Shown one piece after another: positions 34,626 through 47,395 of a stretch of DNA of 64,000 bases. Each line of letters opens with the position of its first letter. Position 1 is the first letter of the stretch. The stretch comes from Octopus sinensis (Eukaryota): the NCBI RefSeq assembly GCF_006345805.1, contig NC_042998.1, positions 108,996,001-109,060,000 of the forward strand. The letters are read 5' to 3'. Below the pieces are notes generated by a model. The model ran no database searches, had not been told where the DNA came from, and saw nothing but the letters and a program-made list of their open reading frames with translations. Made by a program: the position numbers and the translations under genes.

Positions 34626-34697
34626 ATATATATATATATATATATCAATTTGTGTTGCAAGATTTCTGCTGTGAAATATTGTGTGCTGAAACAGATA

Positions 34698-34824
34698 TTG
34701 TTGTATTTCGGGACGGTCATTTTTTTCTTTTGCCAAAAAACACACGCAGTATATATTCATTCTGTACTCGTTTATTACTGTTCTTATTCTGATTCATGTT
34801 CATTTTCCGGAATCTTATATATAT

Positions 34825-34858
<34 letters not shown>

Positions 34859-34984
34859 ATATATAATAAGATTTCCGGAAAATGAACATGAATCAGAATA
34901 AGAACAGTAATAAACGAGTAAATGAATATATACTGCGTGTGTTTATTTGGCAAAAGAAAAAATGACCGTCCCGAAATACAACAA
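34698..34984. repeat. Near-perfect inverted repeat, about 120-bp arms around an AT-only loop of about 47 bp
   Basis: 34698-34818 versus the reverse complement of 34866-34984; they differ only by a few small indels. Confidence 0.92.
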
Positions 34985-35039
34985 CCGTCCGAAATACAAT
35001 ATGTATATTTGTATGTATGTATGTATGTATGTATGTATG

Positions 35040-35900
35040 TGGGGAAAATAAAAAAGAAAAAGGAGAAAATGCTTATTGGATATTTAAAAACCCACAATCT
35101 AGGGGCCACAACTCCACCGACCTCACCTCAATTCTATCCACAAATAACTTTCAAACAATAAATAGAAAATCCAGACGTAATCTTCAAGGACCCCTACATA
35201 AAAATCAAAAGATTCATCAAAGCCTCCTGACTAACCTAAACTTTCGAGAACCACTACCTACCAATATACCCCCATCATCTCACACGCAATGGAAAAACTT
35301 GCCCCCGAGACTTCACCCGCAGCATGGATACTTCAAGCATTCAAGTAGACACAACATAACTAGACAACATAAGTTCTCCCTCCATCTACATTACAAAATT
35401 AATAATAAATTTAACCCAGACCTCATCAACCATTGACAATATAACAACCCTCAGAACAACCATAATCTAGTCCACAACACGGTCACTCCACCACAAACAT
35501 ACTACCACAGACACACTTTACACCCATTTTCTCCTTACCAAACCAAATACATAACATACTTCCCACAACTATCCACCTACTACAACCATTTTTTTTACCT
35601 AATCAGAGTAACAGAGATGTGAAATGGAACAAAATGTACAAGAACAACCGAAAATAATCAACTTATCAAAGAAAATCCTAAGTACTACTAAAACTAAAAT
35701 TCTAGCAAGAGGTTTAAACTTTACACCAACCTCTCGCAGGTCGGACCCGAATGCAATCAAGGATAACACTACGGACTTTTGCCGAAAATTGCGCTTCACA
35801 TCTAAACTAGTGAAGAGTGACTTATTACAACAAAAGGAAACCCCGAATACTGTCCTACAAAAGGCAGAAATAATGATTCTGAATCTTCTTTAACAATTCA
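35040..35900 (+). mobile_element. Penelope-like element ORF remnant (region upstream of RT)
   Basis: QPKIINLSKKILSTTKTKILARGLNFTPT...TDFCRKLR (35624-35800) matches the conserved INLS...L-x-KGL-x-F-x-PT motif of PLE ORFs. Confidence 0.6.
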
Positions 35901-36082
35901 TAATAACGACTTTTATACCTCTTAATTCTACTTCAGTTCATCTAACTGTATATATATATCGTTACCTTTCATAAAAAAAAGCTTTTATTTTTATATCCAA
36001 TGTGCATTTTCTCTTTCTTCTTTTTACCTTTCCCCTATTTATACTACGTGTATTCTCTTTCCTCTTTGAAACCTATTTCTAT

Positions 36083-36463
36083 CAGGAGTGGCTGTGTGGT
36101 AAATAGCTTGTTTACCAACCACATGGTTCCGGGTTCAGTCCCACTGCGTGGCACCTTGGGCAAGTGTCTCTACTATAGCCTCGGCCGACCAAAGCCTTGT
36201 GAGTGGATTGGTAGACGGAAACTGAAGAAGCCCGTCGTATATATGTATATATATGCGTTTTTGTGTTTGTCTGTGTTTGTCCCCCTAGCATGCTTGACAA
36301 CCAATGCTGGTGTTTTTATGTCCCCGTTACTTAGCGGTTCGGCAAAAGAGACCGATAGAATAATACTGGGCTTACAAAGATAAGTCCTGGGGTCGAGTTG
36401 CTCGATTAAAGGCGGTGCTCCAGCATGGCCGCAGACAAATGACTGAAACAAGTAAAAGAGTAA
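36083..36463 (+). mobile_element. tRNA-derived SINE, family A (full length)
   Basis: caggagtggctgtgtggtaa...ggttccgggttcagtcccactgcg...ggcggtgctccagcatggccgcagacaaatgactgaaacaagtaaaagagtaa. Confidence 0.92.
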
Positions 36464-36958
36464 TACATGCGTGTGTTTGTGTGTGTGTATGTGTGTGTGT
36501 GTGTTTTCTTTGATCTTAATTTAATTTTTCAGAGAGTTCAAGCCGGTCGCTAGCAAGGTAAAAATACTTTTTAAGTTAAGAGAGTTTCCGGTGTCTGTAA
36601 ATAAATGGTTGATTTGATGTTTTGGTTGAACCGTTGATGCATACACCCAACTATGTGCATCTATTCACATAATATTCTCACATGAAGAATTTTTGAAATG
36701 TCTTACAGATCTTCACTGTGTCATTAAAAGATTGGAAATGGAGAATCCGCGTTAGTTGCTTTTGCTCTTGTTTCGTGAAACCGAGTATTTCTAAGTTTTT
36801 GTGTGTGTACGTATATATGTGTGCATATCCCATTATTTATTTGTTTCGATTAGCCGTGCTTGTTTCTCACTCGAAGAGAAACCTGCAACGATTTTCTGAG
36901 TTGTTCTTTTTATAATTTCCTTCTTGTTACATTAACATGAATTTTCAATCTCTATATA

Positions 36959-36959
<1 letters not shown>

Positions 36960-37027
<68 letters not shown>

Positions 37028-37058
37028 TAATAATAATAATAGTAATAATAATAATAAT
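36960..37058. repeat. (AAT)n microsatellite
   Basis: Direct reading. Confidence 0.95.
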
Positions 37059-37200
37059 TCTGTAGGTTGTGTAATAATCTTTTGCGTGTTCCTGTAATGA
37101 AACCTTGTTAAATTGTTACTATGGAAATGAAATCTGTTCTGAGATATTGCGTTCTGCGTTTTTATATGCCACATGAGATTGATATCATAAATATTCCCTT
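37057..37200 (-). mobile_element. Short 3' fragment of an R4/Dong-like LINE abutting (TAA)n
   Basis: Minus-strand peptides MWHIKTQNAI and ITGTRKRLLHNL resemble the MW-x-MKT-x-T-x-P...LLGTAHILRK end of RLE-type ORFs, and run directly into the (TTA)n array. Confidence 0.35.
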
Positions 37201-37964
37201 TGCATTGCTACAGAGTATAAATATGCAATTACATTCCCTGTTTTGCTTGGCGTGAGTAAGTGTGTGTGTGTGTGGGGGGTATATGTGTGTGTAAATTATA
37301 TGTGTATATAACGAAAAATAGATGGGTGTTCGCTGATTCAGCTATATAGTTTACTTTTGTCTGTCTTTGTTCGTGTAACAAGAAGTTTCTTTGATATGCG
37401 AATTCCTTAAAAGGAAAAAAAAATTTAAGTTCATTAGTCTTGATAGAATGGTTAATTTATTGACCAGGTTCTTACAATTTGCATATTCATATTATATCTA
37501 TGTGAAGCACCTTCCCTTCTATTTTTGAATCCCTACATCAAAATAATACTTCCAATATCTTTCATCGACAAATATAGTAGATTACTTATATTTGCTGATA
37601 TCTTTTCCCCGTCATATAGACCTCCGCCTTGTTCGTGTCTAGAATAATGTTTATTCGTGATTTATCGAATCTCTTATGCATATGATTTTTTTTTTGTTTT
37701 GTTGTTGATCTATCCAGATCAACCTTGATCGCGTGTGTCTTTGGTTGTAAGGTATCAAATATGTATTAATTTTGATCATCAAATATGTATTAGTCTTGAT
37801 CATGTTTATTTTCACTAAGGCAGTAGGGAACGACCTAAGGAGACTGGAAATGATATTACTAGTAAGTTGGAAAACCTCCTTATATCTGATAATTGTCCCT
37901 TGTTAATTTGTCTCATTCACAGTGAGACATCAAACCAATGATTATTTTTAGGTTGTATCTGCTA

Positions 37965-38190
37965 TATATGATGACCGAAATGGTGGAATCGTTACCGGAA
38001 CGAACAAAATGTTTAGTGGCATTTCTTCCAGCACTTTACTTTCCAAGTCCAAATTCCGGCAAGGTCGGTTTTGCTTTCCATTATTTTGCTTTCCATTATT
38101 AATTGAGTTCAGGGGTCGATGTAACCAACTAGCCCTCTCCTTCCAAACATTCAAGCCTTGAGTCTCTAGCAGAAAGGATTCTAGCCTTGG
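37965..38190 (+). mobile_element. Diverged SINE, second family
   Basis: ggtggaatcgttacc...aaaatgtttagtggcatttc...agtccaaattccggcaaggtcggttttgctttcca...ggggtcgatgtaacc: tRNA-like head with a B-box-like segment; distinct from family A. Confidence 0.45.
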
Positions 38191-39559
38191 CATTCAATTG
38201 TGAAACGGTACAATGTAATTTCTCTTTATTTACACACCTTATTTCTTTACAACTTAGGTCTTTTTGTAAAAAAAATGTGTAAAATTTTCGTTCGCATACA
38301 TTATAAATCCAATTTCAAATAATAAATCAAAAGAAATCAATTGAATATAGCCAACAACAACAATGTCATTTTTAAGTTGATAATGAACTAAAAGAGTTTG
38401 TTACAGATACGAACAGATTTTTTTGAAAATTAAGTGAATTTAGTCCACACTTTGAAATTGACTTATTTAAGAAACTTTTAAACTGAAGACACTTTCGGAA
38501 CTAGTTTCCTTCTGTTTCCAACAATTTTATCTTACTCTCTTCGTCATCCAATCCTTCACTCAATTCAACACACCATAATAAATTTGTTAAATATTAAATA
38601 TCTATTTATACATTTACCTGGTAATTGTAATTCTTGTTGTAAATAGTTTCATGTAGGATTTTAATTTGTGTCTAGAATTATTTTCGAAATTATCGTAATA
38701 TTATGCTTTATATTTCAAAAAATTTCGATTTATATATATATTTGTTTTTCGTAGATTTCTTTTGTTAATTTCCGATTCGATTTTTATTCCTCACATTCAG
38801 AAAAGATTTTAATATGTGCGCATCTTAGGAAATGGGAGTGTAGCTAAGAAATGTATACTGGTATACAGATCTAATAATATTGTTGAAGGAGAAAGAAAAA
38901 GAGTGGGAGAGAAGTGATAGTATGATGAATATGGGACATAGTAAAGAAAAATAAGAAAGAGAAGAAAATAGTAACGGGGCCGAAAGAGAAATACGTGGGG
39001 TCGTAAGATTGAACACAAAAGAAGGATGGCAGAGAAATCGAGAGGTGAAGAAAAAGAGAAAAAGAGTTTATGCTTGAAGACATAAACACTGCCAGAAAAC
39101 GAAAAATATAATAATGTAGACGATCACGAGAGAGAAGAGAAAAACAGAAAGGGAGAGAGAGAGGGCGAGAGAGGGGTGGGGGAGAATGAAAGAAGGAGGG
39201 AAAGAAAGAAGGAAATAAAATAGAGGTAAAGAAATGTAGGTGAGTAGAAAGAGACAGGGAATAGTAATTATTTGATACTTTTGTAATGCAAAACCTTTCA
39301 ATCGAGCTGTGCTGCCCTGTAAAAGGCATCGACGAATCGAATTACCAAACTGTTATAGTTAGGTTTGAACATTGTCATTATAGGATACGTGTCACTATCA
39401 TCTGAGAAGGTGACTTAATTTAACGACTGAAGCTGTGTCAGAGGAAACATAAAAGTGAAGTAATAATTGAGATAAAGTAATCCAGATAAACAACTACAAA
39501 TAGGAGCGAGGCAAATGGGAATATTCCACAAGTGCCACCGCATATTCGTACGCAAAAGC

Positions 39560-40370
39560 GTATACTGTATTCATGAATGCCAGTCTATATTCAAGAATCT
39601 CAGTGTATGTTAATAAATGACTATATATTCATAAAAGGCAGTACTCACTGATAACTGACAAATGTATATCCATGAATGGCAGTGTATATTCATAAATGTT
39701 TCGGTATATTTATAAATAACAATGTATATTCTTGAATAGATGTGTTTATTCACTAATTAAGTGAGAACTCATATGACAGTGTATATTCATAATTTATAAT
39801 ATATTCAAAAGGATTAATATATATTCATAAATGGAAGTGTACAATATTTAATTTACCGCTTGCTGTCATGAAGTGACAGTGGGTATTCATGAATGACAGC
39901 GGATACTAAAATGTTATAGTACCTATGAAGAAAAGAGCGTTATATTTATAAATAAAAGTGTTTAGCTTTAATTTACTAAGTACTTTTATAAATAATATTA
40001 CTAAATATTATTGACTGCATATATTCATACTCATAATTGACGATTTATGTTCGTAAATAACGATGTGTATTCATAGATTTAAATATTTAAATATATTCAT
40101 AAATTATATTGTGTTGCTGAAATGTCAGTTCATATTTATAAATATATACATTCATATGAGAGCATGTACATTAAATGACTGCTATTTTATGCCTTATGGT
40201 GTATAATCATAAAGGTTTGTGCATTATCTGACATGCACTAATCATAAATAAAAGTGTATATTCTTGAATAGTAGTGAATATTCAAAAGTAGCAGTGTATT
40301 TTCATAAATGGTGTTGTACACACATAACTGAAAGTGTTTATCATTCACCAATAGATATATATGTTCATAA
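39560..40370. repeat. Degenerate 20-bp minisatellite, consensus about ATAAATGACAGTGTATATTC
   Basis: Repeated units such as atgaatgccagtctatattc, atgaatggcagtgtatattc, ataaataacaatgtatattc and ttgaatagtagtgaatattc. Confidence 0.75.
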
Positions 40371-40689
40371 ATTTTTGTGTAGATGTCACTGACATAAAAC
40401 TAATTTTTATACTTGTATGCATATATTTGTATGTATGCAAGTATATACGTATGTATGTGTAGTTATGTTTGTATATATCCATGTATGTTTCTGCATATAT
40501 TTTTTTGTGATTTAGGACCTTTGTAGAACTTAATCAATTCACTAACAATGTGCAAGTACATTTTCTAAGAATATGCGAATACGTGAATAAACTACTTTGC
40601 GCATGTGTGTGTGTGTGTATGTGCGCGCGCGCGTACTTACGTGTAAAATATATAATACAACACTACATACTTATATATATATATGTATA

Positions 40690-40722
<33 letters not shown>

Positions 40723-41265
40723 GAGAGAGGGGGGAAGAGAGTGTATGTGTTTATGTGTGTAGGTGTGTGTGTTGATATGAATGTATTCCTTTTAGAATTT
40801 ATTCAAGTACTTTTTCAAACCGATCGCTAAAAAGTAACAATATTTGTTTTCAGTCAATTTAGTAGTTGTGTATGCCGCATGCATATGCGATGTGTGCAAG
40901 CTCTCATTCCAGGGACACTCAAATGGAGAGGAATATTTTTAAAATCTCCCCTGTATCATTAATCGATTGGATTTAAGGAATGTCTCAGTTTATTTGGGTC
41001 TTGAGTGCGTCACTTTTGTTCCCTGACCAATAAAGCGTTGTCAGAGTTGTTGCTGTGTTTTTTATTAGAATTTTCTACTAGTATTCCTTACTTTTGAAGG
41101 TGTGGATGCATTCAGCTTCTTGTATGCTATTAGCATACAAGAAAATCTTTTGTAATTGATTTTGACAACTTTACTAGTTGTACTTACGATAGTACTTAAG
41201 ATAGTACTTACGAACAAACACACAAAACACACACACAAACACACACACACAAATCTCTCTCTCTC

Positions 41266-41297
<32 letters not shown>

Positions 41298-41323
41298 ATA
41301 TATATATATATATATACACATAC

Positions 41324-41379
<56 letters not shown>

Positions 41380-41384
<5 letters not shown>

Positions 41385-41720
41385 CAGGGTGAATACTTGA
41401 TAAATGTAAGCACCTGTATATGCCAGCTAGTGGTATAGGTGATAGGATATATGTATCAAAAGAAAAACAGGACGCAAAGGATTTTGCGGTACATATGTTT
41501 CTGGCTTTATTGAACAACTTATATCAATGCATAATTGATATAACAGGTAGATCAAAAGCCTTCTTCAGCCGCGTACAGTTACCACACCAAAAACCTGTAT
41601 CACATTATAGCAGGTTTGAGAAAAAGTTTGGGAAAAAACCGAGTTTCGCTGGGAAATTAAATCCTCATAGGCGTGTATGGCATTGCGAGACTCCAAAACA
41701 AATCGTCCATACTGTTTTTC
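41380..41720 (-). mobile_element. PLE-type pLTR / retrozyme-like element ending in (TA)n
   Basis: Contains the hammerhead at 41486-41572; on the minus strand about 105 nt downstream it ends in the (TA)n tract at 41270-41380. Confidence 0.6.
41486..41572 (-). ncRNA. Type I hammerhead ribozyme with long stem II and intact catalytic core
   Basis: GCGG-CTGAAGA-A-GGCTTT...TTATATCAAT-TATGC-ATTGATATAA...AAAGCC-A-GAAAC-ATAT-GTA-CCGC: stem I GCGG/CCGC, stem II 6 bp plus 10 bp, palindromic stem III ACATATGT, GUA cleavage triplet. Confidence 0.8.
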
Positions 41721-42149
41721 ACTCGATAAAGAATGAAGGAATTGGATGTTGAGAGAAAGAGGGAAGGAGGGGAAGGTGGTGAAGCTTTAATGAAGTTGGG
41801 ATCACAAAAAAGAAAAAAATATATATATAAATTTAAACATAATTATAAAGGATTATTATATTTTTTATTATATTTTATATCTATTATTATTTATTTTTTA
41901 TATTTATTATTATTTATATTTTATATTTATTATTATTATATATTACATTTATTATTATTTATTTTTTATTATATTTTATATTTTTTATGCGGTCCTAGAC
42001 CAGTTTCTGGCTTGAGGAAAACTTCCTCCCGCCCAGTCACCAGCCTCGGAGACTTTGTAATGGGATACGGGCTCTACCTTACCTTTTGGCTACAGGATAA
42101 AATACATCATTACTCCATCTATACACACATACAAAGAAGTTGAATAAAG

Positions 42150-42720
42150 GAACACTTCATCAAATTTTCAAAGTGTCCTAAAGAAATTAAGTTAAAATTT
42201 CGACTCCAATGAAACTGGTGGTGTTCTGTGTCGACAAAAGTTAAGCCATAAAAGTTAGCAGAAGTAATAATGAATTGCCACTGGAAATAAAAACATTTCT
42301 TCCATTAAGATATTTGTCGTTCTTTGAAGAAGACGTTTGTTGTTAATAGCATGGGCATATAAAATGTGATCAGAGCAAATTTTGGAGTGCAAAATTCTGA
42401 TGAAACTCCGGATAAACTGAAAACAAAACCCACCTTCAGTCTAAAAGTGCTATTTTGCGAAGGTGTATTGGCTAATCCAAGATCAAACTACTGTGGAGAT
42501 GAACATCCGGGAGTTTCTATTTGTTTCTCTCAATACCAGTTGTGGGCGAAGAGGAAAATAAGAAAGATTACTAAATTAATCAACTCAGGCAATAAGCTGA
42601 ACTCCAGTGGTATATTTACATAATAATGATGTCAAATAAAACGGAAGTACCTGATACGAAATTGGCACTTGTTTGGCAGTATACACTGAATCTTTGTAAG
42701 AATTTGGGATTAGTAATCGA
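42150..42720 (+). mobile_element. Possible very old mariner remnant
   Basis: KPTFSLKVLFCEGV (about 42425-42470) resembles mariner KP-x-LHPKKVLLC-x-WW-x-x-x-GV; little other support. Confidence 0.3.
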
Positions 42721-44229
42721 AATTTCTTTTCATTATTTCCAGACAGTTATATATATACATATGTGTGTGTATGTGTGTGCATGTGTGTGTATGTGAATGT
42801 GTGTATACGTGTGTGTATGTGTGTGTACTTATGTATAAATATAGGTATATAATGGTGTATTACAAACAGAAAATACGGAATCGAAAATTATTTTGATATA
42901 TTGCCAAATCTGGGTATTGGAGATGTTGAAGATTCAATAGAATTGCATCGATAAATCGTGTTGTAGGACGGCTGACAAGAAATCAACTTTGCCAAATATA
43001 TGTGTGTATGTGTGTGTGCGTGTGTGTATGTGTGTTAGTGTGTGTGTGCATGTGTTTGCGTGTGTGTGTGTTTGCGTGTGTATGTGTAAGCGTGTGGATA
43101 GAAAGACATAGATAGATAGAACATGAAAACACACCTTGCATACGTACCCACATATATACATATAAGCACGCACACATACAAGCATGCATAGAGTAGTGTA
43201 TCCAAATTTGTTGTTTTGGTTTGGTTTTACGATGGCACTGTGCCGGAAAGTGGGAAATATGCCAGAATAAAAATATTGCATCAAAGTTAGGTTACATAAA
43301 GAAGGCATTGCTGTGTAATATGTTAGTGTGCCCTTTAATGCTTAACTACTTTTTTGTTTTTTTTTACTAATTTTACGATTGTTGTGAAACGTGAGAAAAA
43401 GCTTTACGTTGGTAAAGTGCCTTGTTTCAAAATATTTAATTTTCAAAAATATTTCTCACGAGGTAGTTGCATTTTCTTCTCTTCTATTGCATACAACATA
43501 GTGCATTGCTTATCTGTATTTTCTTATCCCTTCCCCTAAACAAGAGGACATTTCAATAAGATTTTCTTTCCTGGGATAATCAAAAAAAGGGGATCCAGAT
43601 TGTTTAATTTATATTGAAAAATTGGAAAAATTTCCATGTTAGGTATTTCCTGCAGATAGAAAGTGTAATTGTGTTATTTACGCCAGGGATGGTCTGTTAC
43701 TGTTTGAGAAATATTGAATTATAGAAAAGATAATTTTATTTCAAATGTTATATGCAATAGTGAAGAGTGTAATGTAATACACTTGTCAATGAAAACAGTT
43801 TTCTTTTCTGGAGTCGGTGACTTTTCTTCTACTTCATGTAAAATTTATATCTATTTATGGCCTATCTCGATTATCTTTTCCATCTCTTGCGCAATATGTG
43901 TTTGCGATTGCTAGAAAAAAATCGAAGACGTCATTTATGGGTATATCAACTGAGTTGGTTCTAAAAGTGGTTCATATGTTCGAGTTTCAGGTCCACTGTT
44001 TACGAAATAAACAGAAATAACTGAAACTGTGAGTGACCAAAGAGTTTTAAGTTGATATGAGATTGATCCAACTAAGATAATTATTGAGTTTGTCAAAGAT
44101 TCCGTTCTGTTTTTGTCGACACTAAACTTCAAGCACTTTACTAAGTAACTAACTTTCATTCTTTTGCGCATGCGCTCTCGTTATGCATTTGACACTAAAC
44201 GTAATTTGACGCGACCTTCCGACGACACA

Positions 44230-45232
44230 GGTTGTGTTTCGTATGTCTGAGATCATTCTTAAAAGTGAGAACAAAAACATCGACACCTCATGCCTTTTAA
44301 TCTTTTTAATAAAAAACAAGAAAGTGGCTGAAGCCTGTAGGATGATATGACCTGAGTATAGAGGCGTACCAGAAGTGGTTTTCAAGGTTTCGATTGGGAG
44401 ATTTTTAGTTTCAAGATGCACTTTAGTTTTGCCGTACACTTGAAATCAATAACAATAACCAGGATGATCACATGTATTCTCCAGATATATAAAGCATCAT
44501 TAGAATGTGACTAAAATCGCTCGAGGGATTTTCATCTGCGATTCGTTGTAGAATCGTAGGAAACGATCCTTTTTTGAAAAGAATGGTCACAAAGGACAAA
44601 AAATGCGTCATCCATAACAAAGCGAAGCGCAAACAACCATGGGGAAAACGCAGCGAACTACCAAAGTAATCTCCAAAGCAGGACATCACTCGAAAAAAGT
44701 TAGGCTTTCAATTTGGTGGGATTAGAAAGGTGTTGTCATTTTCGATCTTCTTCCCAAAAACAGAACAATCATTTCGGATGTGTACTGTGACCAGCTGGAA
44801 AAATTAATTGCAGCCGTCCACCAGAAACATCTAGCACTTGTTAACCGTAAGTGCATTACCTTTCATCGTAACAATGCTAGACTGCACACTTATTTCCAGA
44901 CTCAGCAAGAGTTACCGAGGCTTGGCTGCAAAGTTTTGGTGCAAAGTTTTGCTGCATCCTCGATATTCTTCCGCCCTTGTGCCTTCAGATTTCCAGCTGT
45001 TCCGGCTTCTTCAAAATTCATTTTAATGAGCTTCAACTATGAAGAGGGCGTAAAAATACACCTGGAGCAGCTTCTATACTAGAACTGACTGGAAATTCTT
45101 TGAGCAGGGAATAATAAATCAGCCCACAAGATGACAGAAGATACTGAAATGAAACGGTTATTATATCATTGTGTCTATAACTTGTGTGTTACTTTTGCTT
45201 AAAACCGAATGGACAATTTGCCCAACCTAATA
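44230..45232 (+). mobile_element. Decayed mariner transposon with right TIR
   Basis: Peptides VYCDQLEKLIAAVHQKHLALVNRKCITFHRNNARLHT and LLHPRYSSALVPSDFQLFRLLQNSF (YSPDLAPSD region). TIR ...aatttgcccaacctaata followed by TA at 45233. Same family as 4340-5385. Confidence 0.8.
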
Positions 45233-47395
45233 TATGAATATTTATATTTTTGCTCAAATATTTAAAGCTCTCCATGAGAGCAGCCAACACTCAATTAAAA
45301 GACATTCTAAAACTTTATCATAGATTATCAATGCATCTCTCTGTATTTGTTATCTCAATGAAGCCGATGAGGTAGTAGAAATATTAAGGTGGGGAACCAG
45401 GTTATTTTCCAAATGTAGTTCTATTACCTTGCGTTTAGAGTTTGATTATCGTTCTACGTTTATTAAGTATTCGATATTGAAGTCAGTTCGAAGGATTACA
45501 TACATCATTCTATAATGTTATAGCCTCGCTTATAACGGTAAGAAAGCATTTAAGTCTTCAAACACAATTGTTTTAGCCTTACAAATACACAAATAGAAAA
45601 AAGGCAATATCTGCTGATCATGCATAGTAAACGCTGCATAGTAAACAATGGTTTGTATTAGAAAAGTTCTCATTTTATAATGAGCCACATATTTGACCTC
45701 TTAAATCTTTGTACGACAATAAGATTGGTGAACTGCATGAAGTTTTTTTAGCACCAAGTCAAATCTGATCTAGCTGGCTTACAGTCAGAGTTGTTCAAGC
45801 AGTGGCCATTCCGACTCTTCAAATATTTTATTAATGTTGTTACTTAATAAATAAAATCACACGTTTTTCCCACTCAACGGACTTGGTTGTGTTAGTTCTA
45901 TTAAATGCGTATATTCTTTTTCTAATATTGGTTATTAATTGCGGCCATGCTGACACCTCTCTACGGTATCATTTATATCAACATCGCCTCCGATATATGT
46001 ATTGATTTCATTTTGTCACTCTCGGAAAGATAAAAAGCAATGTCGGTCTGAGTTTGAATTGCATTTATTTTAAAGCGAAGAATCACTGGTATGCAACTGA
46101 AGCGTAATTTTATGTTACTATATTCGTAACTACTTATTTTATCTACATTTAATTTCATTATTCGTGAAGAATACCTCCTATGGTTGTTCAACACTTACAC
46201 GGAAAAATATCAAGTTCTAATTATTCACAGAAACCAAAGAAATTCAATATATGTTGCGTTCGCGTTAATAATGGCATCATTTTTTTAGTCGATATTAAAT
46301 GCTCTGTTCTCTGATTCTTGGCAGCACCTATACATTTGTGTGTGTGTATGTGTGTATGTCTGTGTGTGTGTATTATGTGTATATGCGTGTGTGTATTATG
46401 AAGATAGTTGATAGGCAGCTATAATTTTGTATATCTATCTATACATGTAAACAAGAAGTAACTTTTCTTTTAGAAATGTTCTATTGAACCCTGCGACCTA
46501 TTACAAAATGCACAAACAACACGCCAATACAAATACCATTTCATTAAGATTAAGACAGAGATCTTGCAACGTTAACGGACTTAAGAACGTCATTGTTCCA
46601 GAATAAGCATTAAGCACTATATGATAAATCCTTAGTATAAAAAATTCACTTCAGTACAGTTATGTCTTCTATACACACACACATACATGCATATATACAC
46701 ATACATAGATACACTCATACATGTATGTGCCCGTGTATGTGTGTGTGAGTGTGTCTGCGCGTGCGTGTGTATGTGGTGGGGTGCATTTCGGACTAATTTT
46801 ATCAACTCTGGAGTGGTTTCCTTATGTTTACGTGAGGCTACAATTTTCATTGGCTGTCTTATAAATGTCGATTTATTAATGCGTTGCCTATTAATGTATT
46901 GCCTATGGTTAACACTGTTTCATCTGCCAATTATCTAGTTGTTCTACTCTCACTGTTCGACTTCCGTATAATATTCGAGTAGTCATATTTAATGTTCTCT
47001 TTTTAACAGTTTCTCGCTATCAGTTTTTGGTGGCCAATTCGGTGTTGGTTGTTTTAAAACTAATTTTAGGAAAAAATAAGCTTCATAATCTTTTTCCTAA
47101 AAGTGTTTATATAATGCTTACAATTGGCGATTTAATAGATGATATGCATCTAGCTGTCGGTTACATATTCTTATCCGGGTTTTTTTTTCTAATTTGCTTT
47201 TTAGTTTAATTTTCATCGACCAATTCAACTTTACTCTTTTCTGTGACTGTCGATTATATCAAAATATTCTTTTTCGCTAAACTTGTCATTCTGTCAACTT
47301 ACTTTTGAAATCACAAGTAATGTTCTTCATATACTCTAGATGGCTAGATGGAATTGCTTGTTAGCCCATCCGGCGAATTTTTTAAATAAAGGGAA

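Noticed and set aside
38470-38510. CTGAAGA...GGAACTAGTT, plus similar partial motifs at 1850-1880, 23075-23110, 42398-42430, 50270-50325 and 58290-58320
   Set aside because: Stem I and/or stem II cannot be formed or GAAA is missing; this is expected by chance in AT-rich DNA.
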